Part shown: in pieces, positions 1-13,394 of the stretch
Numbering within the stretch: position 1 is the stretch's first letter
Layout: each line of letters starts with the position of its first letter
Source of the DNA: Eledone cirrhosa
Taxonomy: Eukaryota
DNA: 64,000 nucleotides
Assembly: GCA_964016885.1 (NCBI GenBank)
Contig: OZ024741.1
Location: 252,588,001 to 252,652,000, forward strand
Direction: 5' to 3'
Translations under genes and position numbers: made by a program
The notes under the pieces: generated by a model
The model's input: only the letters and a program-made list of their open reading frames with translations
What the model was told of the DNA's origin: nothing
Databases searched by the model: none

Positions 1-262
1 TATATGTATATATATATATGTATATGTATATATATATGTATATGTATATATGTATATATATGTATATGTATATATATATGTACATATATATGTATATATA
101 TATGTATATATATATATGTGTATATATGTGTGTGTATATATGTATATATATATGTGTGTGTGTGTGATTATATATATATGTGTGTGTATATATATATTTA
201 TATGTGTGTGTGTGTGTGTATGTGTATATATATATATGTGTGTGTGTAGATATATATATAGA

Positions 263-309
<47 letters not shown>

Positions 310-476
310 ATATAAATGTGTGTGTGTATATTTATATATATATGTGTGTATATGTATATATATGTATATATATATATATGTATATATATGTATATATATG
401 TATATATATGTATATATGTATATATATATTTATATATATGTATATATATATGTGTATATATATGTATATATATATA
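1..476. repeat. (TA)n/(TG)n compound microsatellite
   Basis: Pure TA/TG dinucleotide sequence; the ORFs here (YIYI/VCVC) are artefacts. Confidence 0.97.
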
Positions 477-735
477 CAAAAGTCAGCTCAAAAGTGACAC
501 AGAGGAGACTGAGGTTAGCTGGGCATGCTCACTGACATTCAGAGTTGACATTGCACTCAGTGCTCCTGTGGGGGACCCTACATGGACACACTGGAAGAGG
601 AAGACCAAGGTTAATGTATGTTGATGCCCTAAGGACACTGGTCTGTTGGAGATGCAGGACATGGCAGGGATAATGAGGGACAGAGACCACTGGAGAGAAC
701 TCGTCCATGGATCTCGGGAATTTTACCCGCCCTAG
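477..735 (+). mobile_element. 3' end fragment of an RTE-clade LINE (second family), degenerate
   Basis: Translates with frameshifts as [18 protein letters not shown]...[17 protein letters not shown]...MRDRDHWRELV, the typical RTE ORF C-terminus (R.RLAGH, GRGRP, DR..WR). Confidence 0.75.
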
Positions 736-736
736 A

Positions 737-3195
737 TCATCATCATCATCATCATCATCACCGTTTTACGTCCGTTCTTCCATGCTAGCATGGGTTAGAC
801 GGGTTGTCCTGTTGTGAGCAGTGTCTGGTCAGTTGACCATGCCTTGCTCATACATGAACTGATTTTGGCTTGATTTCTACAGCTGGATGCCCTTCCTTTT
901 ATACTCATTTACAGTGAGTGCTGGGTGCTTTTTTCCATGGCGCCTACACATCCACTGTACAGTGTGGGCTGGGTGCTGTTTTGCCGTGGCACCTCCACGA
1001 CCACTTTGCAGTGGGAGGGTGTGGGGGCATATTGTCTATTTGCTTCAGCTTGTACCCATGGGAGGTCGGGTACTCTGTAATACTGCATGATGCCAGAGGT
1101 CATGGTCGTGTGTCATCGCCTTTGAGAGGTGCAACTGGGTAAGGTCGGCCCCTATCACCTATTCCCAGGTCTTCTTGGGTCTCCCCACTCCGCGGCTTCC
1201 ATTGACTTCTAGTGCTCTGCACCTTTTTATGCAGCTGTCATCCTGCATACACATCACATATACATACCAACGCAACTGCCTCTCCTGCACACAGCATTTG
1301 ATTCCTCTGATGCTCAGTCTCTCTCTCAATTCATTTATGCTTTGCCGTTCGCGTATATTACTATTACACATCCATCGGAGCATGCAGGCTTCGTTTCTTT
1401 CTAATCTACGTAAGTCTTCCACCTTCAGCGCCCAGGTCTCACTACCATGTAACATTGCTGTTCGGATACACGCATCATACAGCCTGCCTTTCATTTTGAG
1501 GGAGAAGCCTTTTGCAGCTAGCAGTGGCAGTAGTTCCCTGAACTTCTTCCATCCCGTTCTTATCCTAGTTATTGTACTTTCTGAACACCCACCTCTGCTG
1601 TTAATTCGGTCACCTAGGTAGCAGAAGCTGTCTACTGTTTCTACAGAGCCCTCTCAGAGATTGGTGGTACTTGTTTCCTGTGGCTGTTTGCTGCTTGCTG
1701 TCTCGGCCCAGCTGCTACATGTGAAGCCTACATTCTTAATTAAGCTTCCTGAGAGCCCGCTACATCTCTTGTGTACCCATTGTTTGCATTTGGGGCAGAG
1801 AATGGAGTTCCTACCTACACCTTTCCTACATACTGAGCAAGGCCATTTCCCTGAGGGGATCTGGGTTCTGTTTTCTTGTCTACTTACAAGGACCTTAGTC
1901 TTTGTCATGTTGACTTTGAGACCCTTTCTTTCTAGTCCCTGCTTCCAAGTTTGGAATTTCTTCTCTAGTTCTACCATAGATTCAGCTATAAGTGCGAGGT
2001 CCTCTGCATACAGGAGTTCCCATGTGCATCCGGTCTTAAACTCCTCCATTATTGCCTGCAGGACTATGATGAACAGGAGAGGGCTAAGAACAGAGCCCTG
2101 GTGGACACCAACCTGTACACTAAATTCCTCGCTATACTCATTGCTAATCCTAACTTTGCTGACTGCTCCTCTATACATGGCTTGTACAGCTTTCACAAGC
2201 CATTCATCTACTCCTAGTTTTCTAAGAGCCCACCAGATTATAGCACGTGGAACTCTGTCAAAGGCTTTCTTGAGATCGACGAATGCCAGGTAGAGTGGCT
2301 TACTTTTAGCTAGGTACTTTTCCTGTAACTGCCTCACAAGGAAGAGGGCATCAGTGGTGCCTCTTCCTGGTACAAACCCAAATTACATCTCATCTAGTTT
2401 CACCCGGTCCCTAATCAACTGTGCTATAACTCTTTCTGTTACTTTCATGACCTGGTCCATCAGCTTTATACCTCTATAGTTTCCTCTATCTAGTGCATCA
2501 CCTTTACCTTTGTAGCAGTTGACAATGATGCTACTGCACCAATCTTTTGGTATGACACCTTCTAGTATTACCTGGTTAACAATACGTGTGGTTATAGTGT
2601 GACCTACAGACCCAGCTATACCCGATGGACCGGTTGCCTTCCCCATCTTCATATCTTTGATTGCCTTACTTACTACATTGCTGCTGACTTGTACTGCTGG
2701 CCCCTCTATAGGGTCTACTTGGAGTAGGGTCTCTTCTTCCCATGCATTCTCCTCATTTAGTAATCTATCATAATGGCTCTTTCATGCATCTTTCTTCTCA
2801 GCACTTGTGAGGGCAAGCTCACCTTTATCATTCCGGATACACTCCTCTCCAATGACATCACAATTCTCTCTGACACACTGCCTCACAATCTTGAACACCT
2901 CCTGTTTCTGGTCCTCACGTTGCAAAACAAGCTTGAATTTTCTATCCTCTGCTTCCCTCCTAGCTAAGTATACTTGTCGCCTAGCTTCCCTCTTGGTCTC
3001 TATGTAATGTACCCTGCTTCCCCCGTTCTTCCATTCTTTCCATGCCTGTCTCTTGGCCTTAACTGCCTCATCTACCTTATTGTTCCACCACCAAGTCACT
3101 CTCCTCCTGCTTGTGGTCTTACTCCAGCCACAGATCTCATCCGTCGCCTCTAGTAAGTTATTTTTTAGGAACTCCCAGTGCTCTTCTACATTGAA
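737..3195 (-). mobile_element. RTE-clade LINE, 5'-truncated, pseudogenised (RT + PHD-like finger + 3'UTR + (GAT)n tail)
   Basis: ORF pieces NYRGIKL, AFVDLKKAFD, GVHQGSVLSPLLF, LLYAED (mutated YADD), MLHGSETW, GRPKKTW; stops and frameshifts at ~2383, ~1654 and 1159; (ATC)n at 737-760. Confidence 0.95.
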
Positions 3196-3201
3196 TGTCT
3201 G

Positions 3202-3946
<745 letters not shown>

Positions 3947-4162
3947 ACTGCCATAAAGCAGGACGGATTCAACATTTGCCAGGAAGAGGCGCTCCTTGAT
4001 TTTGCGGTTTAGGTCGGACTTCCACACCTTCAGTAGCTTGTAGCATGCTGACCATGCTAGTGCTTTTATAACGTCAAAGTCCTTGCATGAGCTGTGCATC
4101 CATGCACCCAGATACTTAAAGTATCTTGGTGCATGGATGCACAGCTTACGCAGGGACTTTGA
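3947..4162 (-). mobile_element. RTE-like RT fragment whose end is folded into a ~90 bp palindrome
   Basis: Minus strand [58 protein letters not shown]; 4074-4162 is an inverted repeat centred on GATACTT-A-AAGTATC. Confidence 0.75.
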
Positions 4163-4394
4163 ATACACATTAAAAACTTACAAAAACACAGGACTTTTAT
4201 AAAAATGTTTATTTCCATTTGGTGGTGTTGTTGTTGTTGTTGTTGTTGCTCATGTGGGGTGGGAGATGATGTTGCAGTGTAGGGCCAGGTATGATGACTG
4301 CTTTTTGTTGGTGGTATTGTTAATAGTATAATATTTAATGAGATAACAGACGTAATGGTCATATACAAACACATGTACACACACAGATACACAA

Positions 4395-4488
<94 letters not shown>

Positions 4489-4789
4489 ATGTGTGTATAT
4501 ATGTATATATGTATCTACATATATATATTTATATATATATATATATGTACACACACACACACATTCACACATGCATATGTATATACAACAGAATACATAG
4601 AGATAAATGGATATACATAGATTTATATATAATATTTGATTTTTATTTAAGCCAAATACCTCAAACTGCCATTACTCCAAGTTTTATGTTGCTGTTTCTA
4701 TGATAGCAAGATAGCGCCAGAGAAATGGCAGCATGAAACTCAGAGTAATGTCCCTTTGAAGTGTTCAGCTTAATATAACTCTGGTTTAT

Positions 4790-4965
4790 TATATCGGTAG
4801 ATGGTCGGACGTCATACTTTGACGCATAGAGTTACGGCCCTTGCCATTCTGAGTTCAAATCCCGCCGAGGTTAACTTTGCCTCTCATCCTTACGGGGTCG
4901 ATAAAATAAAGTACCAGTAATACACTGGCTAATTGCTGGCCTTGTGCCAAAAGTAGAAAGAATTA
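4790..4965 (+). mobile_element. tRNA-derived SINE family A (Octopus OK-like, MetaSINE-type core)
   Basis: B-box GAGTTCAAATCCC followed by GAGGTTAACTTTGCC..TCATCCTTACGGGGTCGATAAAATAAAGTACCAG; ~18 related copies in the window. Confidence 0.85.
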
Positions 4966-5145
4966 TATTGAGTACTTTTGTCAGTTACAATTCTTGTTAG
5001 CACTGTTTGGTGCTATACATAAATAAGTATATCTATATATACATACATATGTATATATATATCTCTCTCTCTCTATATATATAGAGAGAGAGAGATAGAC
5101 ATATACATACACACACACATGTATATATATTTTTTAATGTTTATA

Positions 5146-5209
<64 letters not shown>

Positions 5210-5739
5210 TGGATGAGTTAATTTGAGCATGAAACTCTAGGTCTTTGAGTCACTTATATAACTTCACAGCAATAATTAAGTATCTATCAATCTACTTATA
5301 TACTGAGTTTCATTTCTCCTTTTATACAACCAACCTCCCCCCTCCCGCCCCCTCACACACTCACACAAACACAAACATACTGACACAGATTTATATATAC
5401 ATACAGTGGACCCTTTGGTAACAAAATATTTTTCCAATAGTTTGGTAATGAATGAAATCTTGTCAGTGTTGTATTTCCATATAAAACTTAATGAATTCAA
5501 AACTAATGTTATGAAAGCTTGATTGGCGTCACATAAACAATGCAATAAATCAAAAGCAATTTTTTTCTCCCTGTTAATTTATTCTTGCCATTTATAACCT
5601 TACTATATTTTTATTACATGGATTTTATTATATGTATATATATTTTTTATCGATAATTTGTGTTTAATCCCTTTTTAAATCGAAGCTTTAAGTGAAAATT
5701 TTGGGTATTGATTGATGTTTTAGACTGAATTGTCCTTAA

Positions 5740-6157
5740 CCCTTTAGCATTTATATTACTCTATATATACTATTAATATATAACATCAAGCTCTCATAAA
5801 TTCAATATTATCTCACATAATATTGAATTTATAAGATTTTGATGTTATTTATTTTGAGAACAATACCTTAACATCAGCATGAGCAGCCAGTTACAGTCGG
5901 TTTGAAAAGAAAGAGGTGAGAGAATTCTGGCCGGATACGGTCGGTTTAAATGCTAATGAGTTAAATAGGCTGTATCCGGCCAGAATTCTCTCACCTCCTT
6001 CTGTTCAAACTGGCCTTAACTGGCCACTCGCACTGATGTTAAAGTATTGTTCTCAAAATGAATAATATCAAAATGTCATAGATTTGATATTATATGAGAT
6101 AAAGCTGTTACCAAAAAAATACAATAGTATATATAGAGTAATGTAAAAGCTAAAGGG
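5740..6157. mobile_element. Two inverted copies of a ~220 bp piggyBac-type MITE
   Basis: TTAA|CCCTTTAGCATT at 5736; copy 1 (-) ends at TTAA 5961-5964; copy 2 (+) ends GCTAAAGGG at 6157; same family as 42433-42652. Confidence 0.8.
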
Positions 6158-6760
6158 GTAAATATGTATGCTTCAATAGTTGTATTAAGAAATGAGTGAA
6201 ATAAATTAATTACCAAAGAGTTGACTGTTCATTTATACCTAAACACACACATGCATATACACACAGATATGTGTGTATATTCACATATATACATAAATAC
6301 ATAATGATGATGGCTGCAACTTGATTTTGAGTAATGCCATCGCTTGATACCTAAGCATGAACATCACAGATGTGGCTATTTAGTCCTGCTAGGAACTTGC
6401 CTATGGACAGCAATCTCATTCATCCCCCAAAATGTTACATATCAAGTGTTGCCTGTGCTTGAAGCTTTTTTAAGCGAGAAAAAGCTTTGCACAGGCTAAA
6501 TTCCACATACATACATGCTGGAATTCTTGTAAAACACATACTCATACATATTTTACAGGCTGCAATCATTATCTGATACAAAATCTCTATACGTAGAGTA
6601 GAGTGAGATAATATATTTCATATAAATAAGTGGCAGGGACTTGAAGTACATGTTTAACATGGTGGCTGATCAGTCCCTTTGATGAAACTTATATTGTAAG
6701 TAATAGTCATTTGGTGATATAAAAAAATCATATATATATATATATATATATATATACAGG

Positions 6761-6836
<76 letters not shown>

Positions 6837-7502
6837 ACAAGAATTGGTTATTTTTGTTGGTTTGTTTTGAATTTAGTCAATATTGAAGATCTGAAGCAAG
6901 CTTGAAACAATAACATGTCAACTAACAAATGTCCAAAACAGTAACCAATAACAACATAGATTGGAAGAGTCCATATGGAGAAAACAGTGGTTGGTTAAGA
7001 ATCCATTGTGTCTGGTGGTTGTTATCTCAGTGGTATGACTGGTGAGATGGCTGGGAAGTAGTGGCGTTCATACATGCAATGTACTGCACTGAATTCCTCT
7101 GTGATATAATTAACTGCTTCATCGTTTTGTGTATCTTGTTGGTAGCTAGAGAAGAGAAAAGATATAGATATTTGATGAAACAGTATATGTTATAGATACA
7201 CACAGACACACACATATATATATATATATAATATATATATATACATACACTCAAACAAACACATATATATATATATACACACAGGGTAAATGTAATACAC
7301 TAAAACAAGCCAGTTTCATAGACATTATTAGCAAAGGCACATACATATTCTCCATTATTAGAACTTGTATGTGTATCTTGTCATATCTAATTATCAGTTT
7401 TGAATTAGTAAATAAAACTGGCACATACCATGTATTAAAATATATACCTCTATGTTTACATTTTGAGGGTACATTTTTTCATAATATGAAAACACATTTA
7501 AG

Positions 7503-7559
<57 letters not shown>

Positions 7560-7561
<2 letters not shown>

Positions 7562-8137
7562 CGTTTCTGAATTTGTTTAGCAAGATTCTTTATCTGAAAT
7601 CGTGTGTTGAAACCGATATTGTTATACTTTGGGAGGGTCATGTTGCCAATAAGAAACACACGCACCAGTTGGTTTCACTTCAATTTATTATATATTTATA
7701 AATTTATAAATTTATAAATTTCTGGTTGGTTGGTTGGTTCCACAACCAGATAGTTGTTTATATATAGTCATAGTTCTTTCGTCACACACTCTGTGACCTC
7801 TTCAGTGACTGGGGATTCCTTTCTTTGTTTCTGTGCCTCTCCTTTGTTCTGTCCTACGCCATTTTGTTTCTGTGTGTGTGTTGTGTGCTCAGTCTGCGTA
7901 TGCGCCACATCCGGGTGTCTGTGTGTGTTTATGTTCATTTATTTATTTGTTTATTTACATATTACTGGTTGGTTGTTTGTTCTATGTGTGTGTGTGTTTT
8001 CATTTTGTCCTTAATTGTAAGTTGTGATGTTGCTGTTCCACTCATATTTTCTAATAAATTTATAAATATATAATAAATTGAAGTGAAAGCAACTGGTGCG
8101 TGTGTTTTTTATTGGCAACATGACCCTCCCAAAGTAT

Positions 8138-8145
<8 letters not shown>
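7560..8145 (-). mobile_element. (TA)n-bounded Penelope-type pLTR unit with ~90 bp inverted arms
   Basis: 7616-7708 is the reverse complement of 8053-8145 (ATATTGTTATACTTTGGGAGGGTCATGTTGCCAATAA...); contains a hammerhead motif; TA tracts on both sides. Confidence 0.65.
7766..7810 (-). ncRNA. Minimal type-I hammerhead ribozyme motif (slightly decayed)
   Basis: Minus strand: AGTCA-CTGAAGA-G-GTCAC agagtgt GTGAC-GAAA-GAAC-TA-TGACT; 5 bp stem I, 5 bp stem II, minimal stem III. Confidence 0.65.
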
Positions 8146-8175
<30 letters not shown>

Positions 8176-8277
8176 AGGGAGTGTAACTTGAAGTTACTGT
8201 TGGTTCACCCAGGTGAGACTCAATGTTTATGTTCATGTCTGTAGTGAGGTGTAGAGCTAAACAGTGTGTAAATGTAA

Positions 8278-8659
8278 TAATACAAGGATGATTTTTTTAA
8301 GCCTTCATTATTTTTATTGATCAGGGCGGTGGATTGGCAGTATCGGTAGAGGGTCGGGACGCCATGCTTTGAAGCATAGAGTTACCTCCCTTTATGATCT
8401 GAGTTCAAATCCCGCCGAGGTTAACTTTGCCTTTCATCCTTACGGGGTTGATAAAATAAAGTACCAGTAATACACTGGGATAATTGCTGGCCTTGTGCCA
8501 AAAGTGGAAACAATTATGTTTATTGATTGGTGACATGCATTTTGCTATTGATCAGCTCAAGGTTCAATCTGTATCGATCTGGCCGGACCTCTGCTGATCA
8601 ATAGCAAAACACCCGTCACCAATCAATAAACGTAATGAAGGCTTAACAAATCGTCCTTG

Positions 8660-8664
<5 letters not shown>
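8278..8664. repeat. Fold-back (hairpin) element interrupted by a SINE
   Basis: TAATACAAGGATGA..AAGCCTTCATTA[SINE]TGTTTATTGATTGGTGAC..TTTTGCTATTGATCAGC pairs with GCTGATCAATAGCAAAA..GTCACCAATCAATAAACGTAATGAAGGCTT..TCCTTGTATTA. Confidence 0.75.
8323..8515 (+). mobile_element. SINE family A, full length, with ~14 bp TSD
   Basis: GGGCGGTGGATTGGCAG head; flanks TTATTTTTATTGAT / TTATGTTTATTGAT. Confidence 0.88.
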
Positions 8665-8701
<37 letters not shown>

Positions 8702-9223
8702 TAAAGTTATTTGTCTGTAATATAGTCAGACCTCTCAATGAAAAGATAGATTATCAACTCAGAGAAGCAATTAGATATATCAAACTTAAGCCAAAATCTC
8801 CAATATTGGTTGTTTTAATTTATTGAAATAATTAATATTGTTCCTTAATTCCAGAAACATCAGTCAAGGATGTTATATGAGTCTGGAATTTGCTGTGGAA
8901 ATGACAAGAGCTCAGCCATCAGGCCCCAACTCTCTAATATATTTACACTCAACTATCTAAAGTATTGAGTACTTTGCTGAATAATGGTTGTACTTGTTTA
9001 AAACTGGTATAATCCTGATCTATCTATGCATACAAATATATAAATAAGGCTAGATTCAGTATGAAACTGGTTAGACCATTACTCAACAGTGTACTTGATA
9101 CTTGGGATAGTAGAGTATGGTTATATCATAAAGAGTTGGGACCCTGTGACCGAGCTCTTGCCATTTCAACAGTTATGGCAAGAGCTCAGCCATTGGGTCC
9201 CAACTCTTTATCATAGAAATATA

Positions 9224-9523
9224 AAGATTGTGAGTTCAATTCTCAGACCGGGTGATGTGTTGTTTCCTTGAGCAAGACACTTTATTTCACATTGCTCCAG
9301 TTTACTCAGCTGTAGAAATGAGATGATAGGGACTGGGGTCCCTATCATTCCACTGTAAAGTGGATGTGTACGTGCCACAGCAAAAAAGCACCCAGCACTC
9401 ACTGTAAATGAGGTCGGCGTTAGGAAGGGCATCCAGCTGTAGAAATCAAGCCAGAATCAGTTCCTGTCTCACCCTTGCAAGCAGGGAAAAGCGGACATAA
9501 AATGATTATGATGATGATGATGA
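9224..9523 (+). mobile_element. tRNA-derived SINE family B (CORE-like centre, RTE-derived 3' tail), 5'-truncated
   Basis: GTGAGTTCAATTCTC B-box; CCTTGAGCAAGACACTT CORE-like motif; tail GGAAGGGCATCCAGCTGTAGAAATCAAGCC..(GAT)n matches the RTE 3'UTR. Confidence 0.85.
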
Positions 9524-9834
9524 TATATATATATATGTGTGTTCGTGTAGAGTGAGTGATGCATATGTATACAAATATGTGCATATACTTATATAGATAC
9601 AGATACAAACCTACACATGTATACACATCAACACACACACACACACACATGCCCACACTCATACATATATATGTATATGTGTGTGTGTGTGTGTGTGTGT
9701 ATGTATATATATGTATGTATACATATAAATAATAGAACAAAGAAAAGCAAATTATACATATATTGAAAGTAGCAAGATTCCTTTCAGCTAAGACAACAAT
9801 ATTTTATTACATAAACAGAGATTTTATTATTATC

Positions 9835-11490
9835 AGCTTCGGAGGATTGGCAGGGTTGCTAGAGCGATGGTCAACATGCTTTGTAGCATAGTTACGTCCC
9901 TTTATGTTCTGTGTTCAAATCCTCCTGAGGTTAGCTTTGCCTTTCATCCTTATGGGATTGATAAAATAAAGTACTAGTCATGCACAGGGGGGTCGATTTA
10001 ATCGACTTTCCCCTCCCCCAAAATTGCTGGCCTTGTGCCTACATAAGAAACCATTATTATCAGCTTTGGTGGATTGGCAGAGTTGTTAGAGCAATGATCA
10101 ACAAACTCTGCAGCATAGAGTTATGTCCCTTTATGTTCTGTGTTCCTGAGGTGAGCTTTGCCTTTCATCCTTATGGCATTGATAAAGTAAAGTATCAGTA
10201 ATGTACTGAGGTCGATTTAAATGACTTAAAATTGTTGACCATGTGCCTAAATCAGAAATTGTTATTATCAGATTTGCAATGACTTTTTATGTTCTCATTT
10301 CGAATTTGAGGTGAACCTTGTCCTTGTTTTTTAACCTTCTGGGGTCAATAAAATTGGGTAAATTTAATAAGGGTGATGGATTGGCAGAGTCAGTAGACCA
10401 TCGAACAAAATACTTTGAGGCATTTAGTTATGGCCTGATATGTTCTGATGTTCACATCCTGCTAAGAACAGCATTGCTTTCATCCTTTCAAGGTTGATAA
10501 AATACTATTCCATTCTAGTAGAGAAGAGGATTTAATTGACTTTCATTTTCCCCACTAAATTACTGGTTTTGGAGCATCAGACAGAATGAGTTGTGATGTT
10601 TGTTCTGGCTCTTAAACTTCTGAGTTAAAATCCTGCCATGGTCAACTTTATTTTATTGAACCCAGAAAGATGAAAATCAAGTACTGAAGTCAATATAAGA
10701 CTTTCCTCTTCACCTAAATTGCTGACCTTGTTCCAATTTTAGAAATCATTATTTTTAACTAAATAAATTATCACCTTTTATCAATTAATTAAGGGCGGTG
10801 AATTGGCACTATCGTTAGAGGGTCGGACGCCATGGTTTGCAGCATGGAGTTACGGGCCTTTACGATCTGAGTTCAAATCCCGCCGAGGTTAACTTTGCCT
10901 TTCATCCTTACGGGGTCTATAAAATAAAGTACCAGTAATGCACTGAGATGATTGCTGGCCTTGTACCAAAAGTAGAAATAATTATTTTTAACTAAATAAA
11001 TTATCAGTTTTTAACAATTAATTGTATGTTATCATCATAGATATGGTACACATAAGTAGTATAATGTTAAGGGTAATAAATAAACTAATATATACTATCA
11101 CCTGTGTTGTCATTGTTATTAAAGTTGATTTATTGACAGAACTATTAGAACATCAGACAAAATGATTTGTGGTCTTTATTCTGACTCTTTACACTCTTAA
11201 TTCAAATCAACTTTTCCTTTTATCCTTCTGGGAGGGTCAATAAAATGAAATACCAGTCTAGTACTGGGGTAAATACAATTAGACCCCCCCCCCCCGCATA
11301 ATACAATACTAGTCTAGTACTGGGGTAAATATAATTAGGCCATGTCCTCCATAATGAAATACCAGTCTAGTACTGGGGTAAATATAACTAGGCCATGTCC
11401 CCCATAATGAAATACCAGTCTAGTACTGGGGAAAATATAATTAGGCCATGCCCTCCATAACTGTTGGCCCTGTGCATAAATTAGAAATCA
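9835..11490 (+). mobile_element. Head-to-tail cluster of ~7 SINE family A copies of differing age
   Basis: Copies start near 9835, 10063, 10265 (partial), 10370, 10575, 10793 and 11135; the last has a ~53 bp internal segment repeated 4x (11250-11460). Confidence 0.82.
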
Positions 11491-11989
11491 TTATTGTTGT
11501 TGTTGTTTCATCCAGGTAAAATCCAGATTGAGCAGATGTATGATCTAATACATTCCAGATGTGATTACCAGTTCATTTTAGGGGGCAATTAGGATTATCT
11601 TCACTAAACTAATGTTTCCTATCAAAGATGATAGTAAAATTTGAGGGAGAATTACTTGCTATTCCTAGCAGGTTTAGCAGCCATATAGAGGCACACACAT
11701 TGGTTTCCTTTAGCAAGTATAATAGATAAATGTGAAAAAGACAAAACACAGAAGAAGGGCCTGCATAGAAACATAAACTTCAACAATAACAAGTGTAAGC
11801 TAAAACATTATTTGAGATATGAAATATGAAATATATCAGATCAAAATCTTAATATGTAATATCTGAAACTTATCATGAGAGCCAGAAAGACTTTACTCAC
11901 AATTATATGGAAGATCCAAAATATCAAATATGGGATATCCAAAACTTAACATGTGATATCTAAAGTTTATTATGTGATATCTAGAGGTT

Positions 11990-12440
11990 AAAACTGGTCA
12001 GGTGACTATGTCTTGCTCATATGGACCATTTTGGGTTTCCTTTTTACAGCTGGATATCTTTCCTAATGCCAACCATTTAACAGCATGTACTGGGAGCAGT
12101 TTATTGTGCATCCAGCAATAACACCTTACAATGTGGACTGGGTGCTTTCTTTATAGCACCAGCATTGCTACCTTACAGGGTGGACTGGGTGCATTTTTCA
12201 TGACACCAGCACTACTGGTGCCATGATAAACTGTATCTAGCCTGCTCTGTAAAGTGGTCATGCTGGTGTCATGATAAAAGCACTGTGAGCTCTGTAAAGT
12301 GGTAGTGATGATGCCTTGATAAAAGCACCCAGTCAGCACTGTAAGATAGTAGCACTGATACCACAAAGAAAGTACCATGTCCACCCTGTAAATTGGCTAT
12401 GCTGGTGTCATGAAAAAAGCACCCAGTCCACCCTAAGTCT
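11990..12440. repeat. Degenerate RTE/SINE-B 3'UTR-derived repeats in inverted arrangement
   Basis: Minus-strand tail (TACAGCTGGATATCTTTCCTAATGCCAACC; GTGGACTGGGTGC) followed by plus-strand AAGCACCCAGTC units. Confidence 0.55.
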
Positions 12441-13394
12441 TCTTTATATATCTTCCAAGAACATTTTAATATTGCTTAAGTTATTTTTTCCAAGGAGAAA
12501 TGGTACAATATTAGTTGTTGAAAGATACACTCAAAGTTAATGTAATTTGGTTTAGTAGCATCTTGTGTATGCATGTATGTATGTAGAGGCCAATAGTAAC
12601 AGCCCACACCAGTTGATGAAGGCTTATCATGACATCCATACCCCCCCCCCCCCCCCCTGTTCATCAACTCTGCCTCACTGATGTGGCAAAACCCCAGCCA
12701 TATTTCATTATTTTCTCTCAACTTAATATTTTGCCTGGTTTAACACCACTGCATGGCCCTTTCGTGCCTTTAGGAGAGTCCATGCTGTTGTAATCATTTG
12801 GGCCAAGGCTAGTTATCCTCCTCCTACAAGAAGGGCATGGTACGTCCTGTACCACATGAAACCACATTAGCAAGACATTCTAGAAAAGTAAAAAGCAGCA
12901 CTATGACTGTATCACATTAAAAAATTTAGTTTACTTCAAATTGCCACAATGATCTGTCCACTAATAAATATACTATAAACATTTGAATTAGATATTCATA
13001 GGGGAAGTTAGAAATAAATGCAAGTAATAAAATAGAAAATGTATTAAAAGAGAGATGAAGTGAAATAAAGGAGAAAAGAAGACATTTTCTACTAAATCAT
13101 TACAGGGCGTTAAGAGTTAAAAAGCAAATGTATTCTCTAAGATTAGACCTCTGTTTATTCAGTTAGTCTCTTTTCTTCTGTTTCATTTCTTTTTTATCCT
13201 TTACTTCTAGATTCCTCTATACAATTGATTTTCCTGGTAATATTTCTGCAACCCTCACCACTTCCATTATGCATCTTTAATTCATTTTCTATTTTATTAC
13301 CTATAATTTTTTTAATCTTCCTCTATCAAGGTTTTATTCAAATGTTAATACCTCAGCAGCCAGACAAAGGTCACTGAGCACCCTAGTGTTGTAA

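Noticed and set aside
1661-2293. Antisense ORFs over LINE RT regions (also 36024-36983, 62556-63701)
   Set aside because: Shadow frames of the RT coding strand without recognisable domains
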